64,000 nucleotides of DNA, from NCBI RefSeq assembly GCF_001949145.1, contig NW_019091358.1, forward strand, positions 3,094,535 through 3,158,534, given 5' to 3'. The notes under the pieces are model-generated. The model saw nothing but the letters and a program-made list of their open reading frames with translations, was not told the DNA's origin and searched no databases. This DNA is from Acanthaster planci (Eukaryota). The position numbers and the translations under genes were made by a program. Of the stretch, positions 59,421-64,000 are shown piece by piece. Position 1 is the first letter of the stretch. Each line of letters opens with the position of its first letter.

Positions 59421-60906
59421 AAAAAGGACTAATATCATTTAACATTAGCGAGGAAGACTGGGTTGAAGACGGAGGGAAGACTAGCGACAAGACTAGTGGA
59501 CAGACTATGGACAGACTGACCATGAAACATTTTGGGGTTGATTGTTTATATAGGGAGATTCAGGCTGGGTGGTATAACTTCCTTAAACTGTGGTCAGGCC
59601 TGTGGTTGTAAAATTATGGCCTTGGAGTCTTGGGGAGTGGGGGCAGTACTTGGAAATTGACCACAAACAGGGACTTTATTAGGGTCTTAATTACCAAGAA
59701 ATTAAACGGAAGTCGGATCAACGGTACGTGAGGGACCTGTGACTAAATGATTAATTCTGGGCTTACACTATGTACAATAATATTCTACGCAGTTATGGCG
59801 CACGTACTCAAAGACTAGAAACGTTACTGCCTGGTTCGTTTTGAAATACTTTATTGTAATCTACTTAGGGTTATAAACATTTGAAACAACACATGTCATC
59901 GTGAATAGTTTATTATTATTATCAACAATAACAAGTGATACTGAGAATCGATGCCGTACCGTAGGCCTACATGTTGTTGCTCGTACTCTTGGAAATCATT
60001 GTGGCATGACCATAGAGCTATTCGCAACTCTATGGTTTGACACATTCCCAATGAAAGAAACAACCAATCCGCCAACGCAACGTCCAACAAAAGTCCTAAT
60101 TTACTGCGGCAGCCTCGATTACTGTGCATGTACATGTACTTTGTTCTGGAAGTTTTGCCTTTGTTGGGGAAAACCTGACAGCATGACAGTGTTTTTTTTT
60201 TCTACCAAGAACTATTGTTCGAATGACTAGAATAGATAGGCTAATTAAATCTTCTTTTTTATTATTTCTGTGGATCTCATTGATAGTTCGGCAACAAAGA
60301 TGGGATGGTCGGTGGATCGAATAAAATCCTAAAATAATTTTTAAAATTGAAACAATCACAAGGCTAGATAAATTGTGTTTGATGAATGGATTTCGTCTGA
60401 ATTATACTTCATTTTCTATAAATTTAATGCATTCATATAGGGGGCGCTGTAGCTGCCATTGTTGAACATTCGCGAGCCCACGTGCGTGGAGAGAAGAGTA
60501 AGCAGACGAAAGGTAGCTTCATTTTTTTGTGTTAAATAAGGAGACATTTCATTCAAAATTTGTGCCCAGTGTTTTGTTCAATGTATGAGAGATTACTGCT
60601 AGTTTTAGCATTTCACTGCTTCTGTTCAGTATTTTTTCACCTCGAATATGAACGAGCAAGTTCGAACTAGGCTAAGTTGAACATGCTACAGTCCCGTCCG
60701 TGCAACATACCATAACGCGGCGCACTTTGATTTTCGCCCGCTGCTTCACTTGGACAAGCTTTTATAGCTCCATGGTTAGAATAATTTTTTACCTCAATTC
60801 TTCAAATTTCACAATATCTGAAATTTCAATTTCATCACAACCTTTTAGACGTCACTCGTAGCCCAGGTTGGACGTCGTCTACCGGTACATTGCATTGTGA
60901 CTAACG

Positions 60907-61172
60907 CCCAACAATGCGCAATTTTTCTCAACTCTTTTTTCTCACATTTTTACCAGGCGAAGACAGCTCAAATGTTGTTCACAGGTGCCTAGTATTCCAA
61001 AGTGTGGAGTTTCGCAAAATTTCCTGCAAAATACATTGTCTGCGGGTGTATTCCATTATTTCAACGCAGCATTTATGGACTTTGGGATACAAGGCACTTA
61101 TGAACGACATTTGAGCTGCCCTCACCAGGTAAAAATGTGAGGAAAAACTTTGGAAAAATTTTGCATCGTGGG
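60907..61172. mobile_element. Foldback MITE, about 266 bp
   Basis: About 105-bp imperfect inverted arms (CTCACATTTTTACCAGGCGAAGACAGCTCAAATGT.. versus ..ACATTTGAGCTGCCCTCACCAGGTAAAAATGTGAG). Confidence 0.82.
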
Positions 61173-62681
61173 AGGAGTTTTATTCCCTGGACGTCTGTCG
61201 TAGTAAATGAAGACAAAGTCCAGCCTGGGCCAACATCACTGAGTCTTGATTCTTCTCTCTGATTGGTCTTTTTTTCAAAATCGTATCTATGAAGGCTGGG
61301 GGCGCTGTCGAAAACCGAATTTTTCACTTCCGGGGGTTATGTTGTCAAGGATAGGAAGGAAAGTTTTTGTGTGACCTTGACTGCATACAGCTGGCTAGAC
61401 GTGGCACTTGGCATCTACCCCAAGGGGGAACAGGCCACGTTCCTTAAAAGCTGGATGACTCCATCTGTAGCATTTTGTGCGTGAAGCTCCGGTGAGTATC
61501 TCTTGATAGTTTGGTAAGATATAGGCCTAATGCAACAACTTCAACCCCGAGAAAAGTCCTCAATATTTTTGCAGTCCCTCACTTCTTTGTGAGCTGCACC
61601 ATGTGCACGGCTGGGCTAGGCTAGTCTTTTTGTAGAAACCATCCTAGGCTTAGGTCTAGTACCACTCGGCAACATAAATTAATAAATTGTTGAATTAATT
61701 GTATTAGCCTCCCTATTATAGGGCCTACATCACTCTACTGATGTTATCTTGAAGAGGATGTCGTAAGAAATATTTTGATATAAATTTGGATTCCATTGGA
61801 CTCTGCAAAGCAAAGAAAAATCTATTTGAAGTGGGGATGTTTTGAGATGTGTTTTGTACACGTGTAATGCAGGGCAAACTGTGATTATTTTGTACACAAA
61901 AGTGAGTGTAGACTTTAACTGAAAGCTTAACATTTATGTTTTTGTAAAATCTTTGTTCTTATTTGTGCCTTATTTCAATGAATCAAATGCAGGCTTTACT
62001 TCAAATTTCAAAAAAATTGAGAATGGAACTGCATGCAAAAAGACTATTTAAGAAAAACGAGTTTCCAAGTAAACAGCGCTCTCACTCATGTAGTCATTCC
62101 CCTACCAATAATAAACCTTTTGTTGTTTTGCAATGCATTATGGGTTTGGATGACAAGCAAGCAATACATTTTATGCACAACCCTATGAGTGAAGTGTACA
62201 TGCCTGCAAAACAATCTGTTACCATTTTATTTCATACTCCAGTTCAAGTCATCTTCTTCTCACAGTGTTGCATTACAGATTTGGGATGAAGATAGTCACA
62301 AACCTTGAAGTATCACATGGCAGAAAAGAAAAATTCAGGGAATCTCTTCAATAATACTATCTGGTCATAGACCACGCCTTGACTGAGATCGTGAGTACTA
62401 TTGCCCAATCAAAATCATGACTTGTAAGTTGTAGCTCATTCATCCTGTATTGACCAATCACGTTATTTTCAGCCTAGAATGATTTGTGCCCTTAAAAAAG
62501 ACAATTAAGGGTGATTTTTCCACTCACAAATATTTGAAAATTTATTTAATTTTTTTACAAAGTGCAATAAAGAGCGTGTTGCTGTTGGCCTTGGGAGAAA
62601 CTGACTTTTTTTTTTTTTTAGATAATAACAACTCAAATTTATAAATGTAGTTTTTATCTCCCTACTTACAGAACTTGCAGA

Positions 62682-63827
62682 ATGGTGCCGATGTGTAACA
62701 CAATCATGGCATCATCTTTAACGGAGGATGATATTCCAGGTGCAAAGTTTGAAACAGACCCTTTGTCAGCAACAGTGCTGCAGCTAAAGAGATGGTTGGC
62801 ATGCAGAAGAGGCGCTTCAACTTCTGGAGTTAAATCAGAACTTGTACAGAGGTAAGTTACGTGAATCTTTTCATAGCAAATATTGTAAATTTTTTTGGGG
62901 GGGGGTCTGATTTCTTGTACAGGTAACTGATACTGATATCTAAACATTAATCATGGTAATGGCAAATAGTGAAATAACCTTTCTGAAATGACTTTTGTGG
63001 GGACATAATGAAGACTACTGAACTTTTGAAAGATGTTGGATATCTTTGTTGAGCCATTATAATTTTAAGTGACACCAATAATGACGCGGTATGTACCTGT
63101 TACTACTACAAATTACTTTGCTGTAGCCAGGACTTTGTTATAAAGAGTAGAAAAACAAAGAATAAATAAGAATTCAAGAAAGTGGGATTCTCAAAATCCT
63201 TTATAAGTAACAGTATTTTGTTATAACAATGGTGTTTATGAGAGTCAACTGTACCATTGGTTCAGTTCTAGAGGTACGTTCATTCCAAGTGCAATGTAGC
63301 ATTTTCCAGTAGCACCTTTCAGCATTTTAAAGAGGAAACCTACCTCTTATTGGAAACCATGAGACTGCTCTTGAAGCCCACAAATTGCCTCTCTTGTATT
63401 CTTAATAAATACATTGTAGCAGGGTATGTTGCTTTGACCATGCATGAGGCCAGTGCCTATGAGTGTCATATGGGTATGCATATAAAGACGCCTCATGTTA
63501 AACAAGGGGGTTTTGAATCAGAAAAATTGAAATGACCCAATCTGGAATTTTTCCTCCAGTTAACAATTACAGCATACCAGTACATGTACATGTATGTGGA
63601 AGAAGAGCATTAGAATAAGATGGTTTATTTTTAGCTTTGATTCATTTTGTTATTGCAGAGTATGCAATTATATCAGTGGAGGTCTGTCAGAGACATTGTT
63701 GATTGATCCGGAAAACACCCAGCATGCGGTGGACAGGGAGAGAGGGAGGACAGTGTCTGCTGTTACATGTACCCCTACAAGTTTCCAGCAACCTCCTAAA
63801 GACGGCTGGACAAGCAACTTATCCCAT
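62682..63827 (+). CDS. SAP-domain protein, 3'-partial; N-terminus resembles transposon-associated SAP-(SWIM)-YqaJ proteins
   Basis: Coding exons 62682/62706-62851 (MASSLTEDDIPGAKFETDPLSATVLQLKRWLACRRGASTSGVKSELVQR, SAP motif) and 63659-63827 (VCNYISGG..LIDP..PPKDGWTSNLSH) join in phase 2 with GT-AG sites. Probable non-coding exons end at 61491 and 62390. The gene continues beyond the window; the downstream domains are inferred, not seen. Confidence 0.72.
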
Positions 63828-64000
63828 GTGAGTTTGCACTTTCCAAAATTAGGAAAACCTAATTCAGCATTTGAATAATCCTGAAGACTAATTCAGATCT
63901 TCAGACCATGATTACAAATGTAGCAGAGATCAAATGTGACTTTGTGTAACATAAACTTATCTTGCTAATTCCTCATTCCTTTGGATGAAACAAAATCATG

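Noticed and set aside
59147..59611. 154-aa ORF with repeated RGNEI
   Set aside because: Translation of the transposon subterminal repeat array.
60907..61172. Transib/RAG-like RSS termini in the foldback element (CACGATG/ACAATG)
   Set aside because: The left heptamer is imperfect, and no 5-bp TSD or nonamer is discernible.
59420..63827. SAP-domain gene as the second ORF of the IS3EU-like element
   Set aside because: It lies outside the apparent terminus at 59420, is separated from it by other repeats, and is intact while the transposase is heavily decayed.

Overview
Eukaryotic, intron-rich animal genomic DNA. It is most likely an invertebrate deuterostome such as an echinoderm, but that is an inference from gene content and repeat style. 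Left to right: (1) the last 13 coding exons of a Groucho/TLE corepressor gene (+, 3038-23818; 5' exons lie upstream of the window) with a probable long, MITE-containing 3'UTR; (2) a complete 3-exon CPFC glutaredoxin (-, 30548-32426); (3) head-to-head with it, a complete 7-exon GLMP/NCU-G1 lysosomal membrane glycoprotein gene (+, 36138-46652, 404 aa) spanning a 796-N assembly gap; (4) a repeat-rich accessory region. That region holds two tandem, intronless secreted C-type-lectin + PAN/Apple genes, both broken at nearly the same point of the PAN domain; a decayed intron-containing IS3EU-like DDE transposase with one terminus intact; and the 5' exons of a SAP-domain gene of probable transposon type that runs off the window. 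Many non-autonomous DNA transposons are present, including tiny TIR-TIR fusions with 7-bp target duplications that resemble P-element excision footprints. Most ORF-track entries are spurious.
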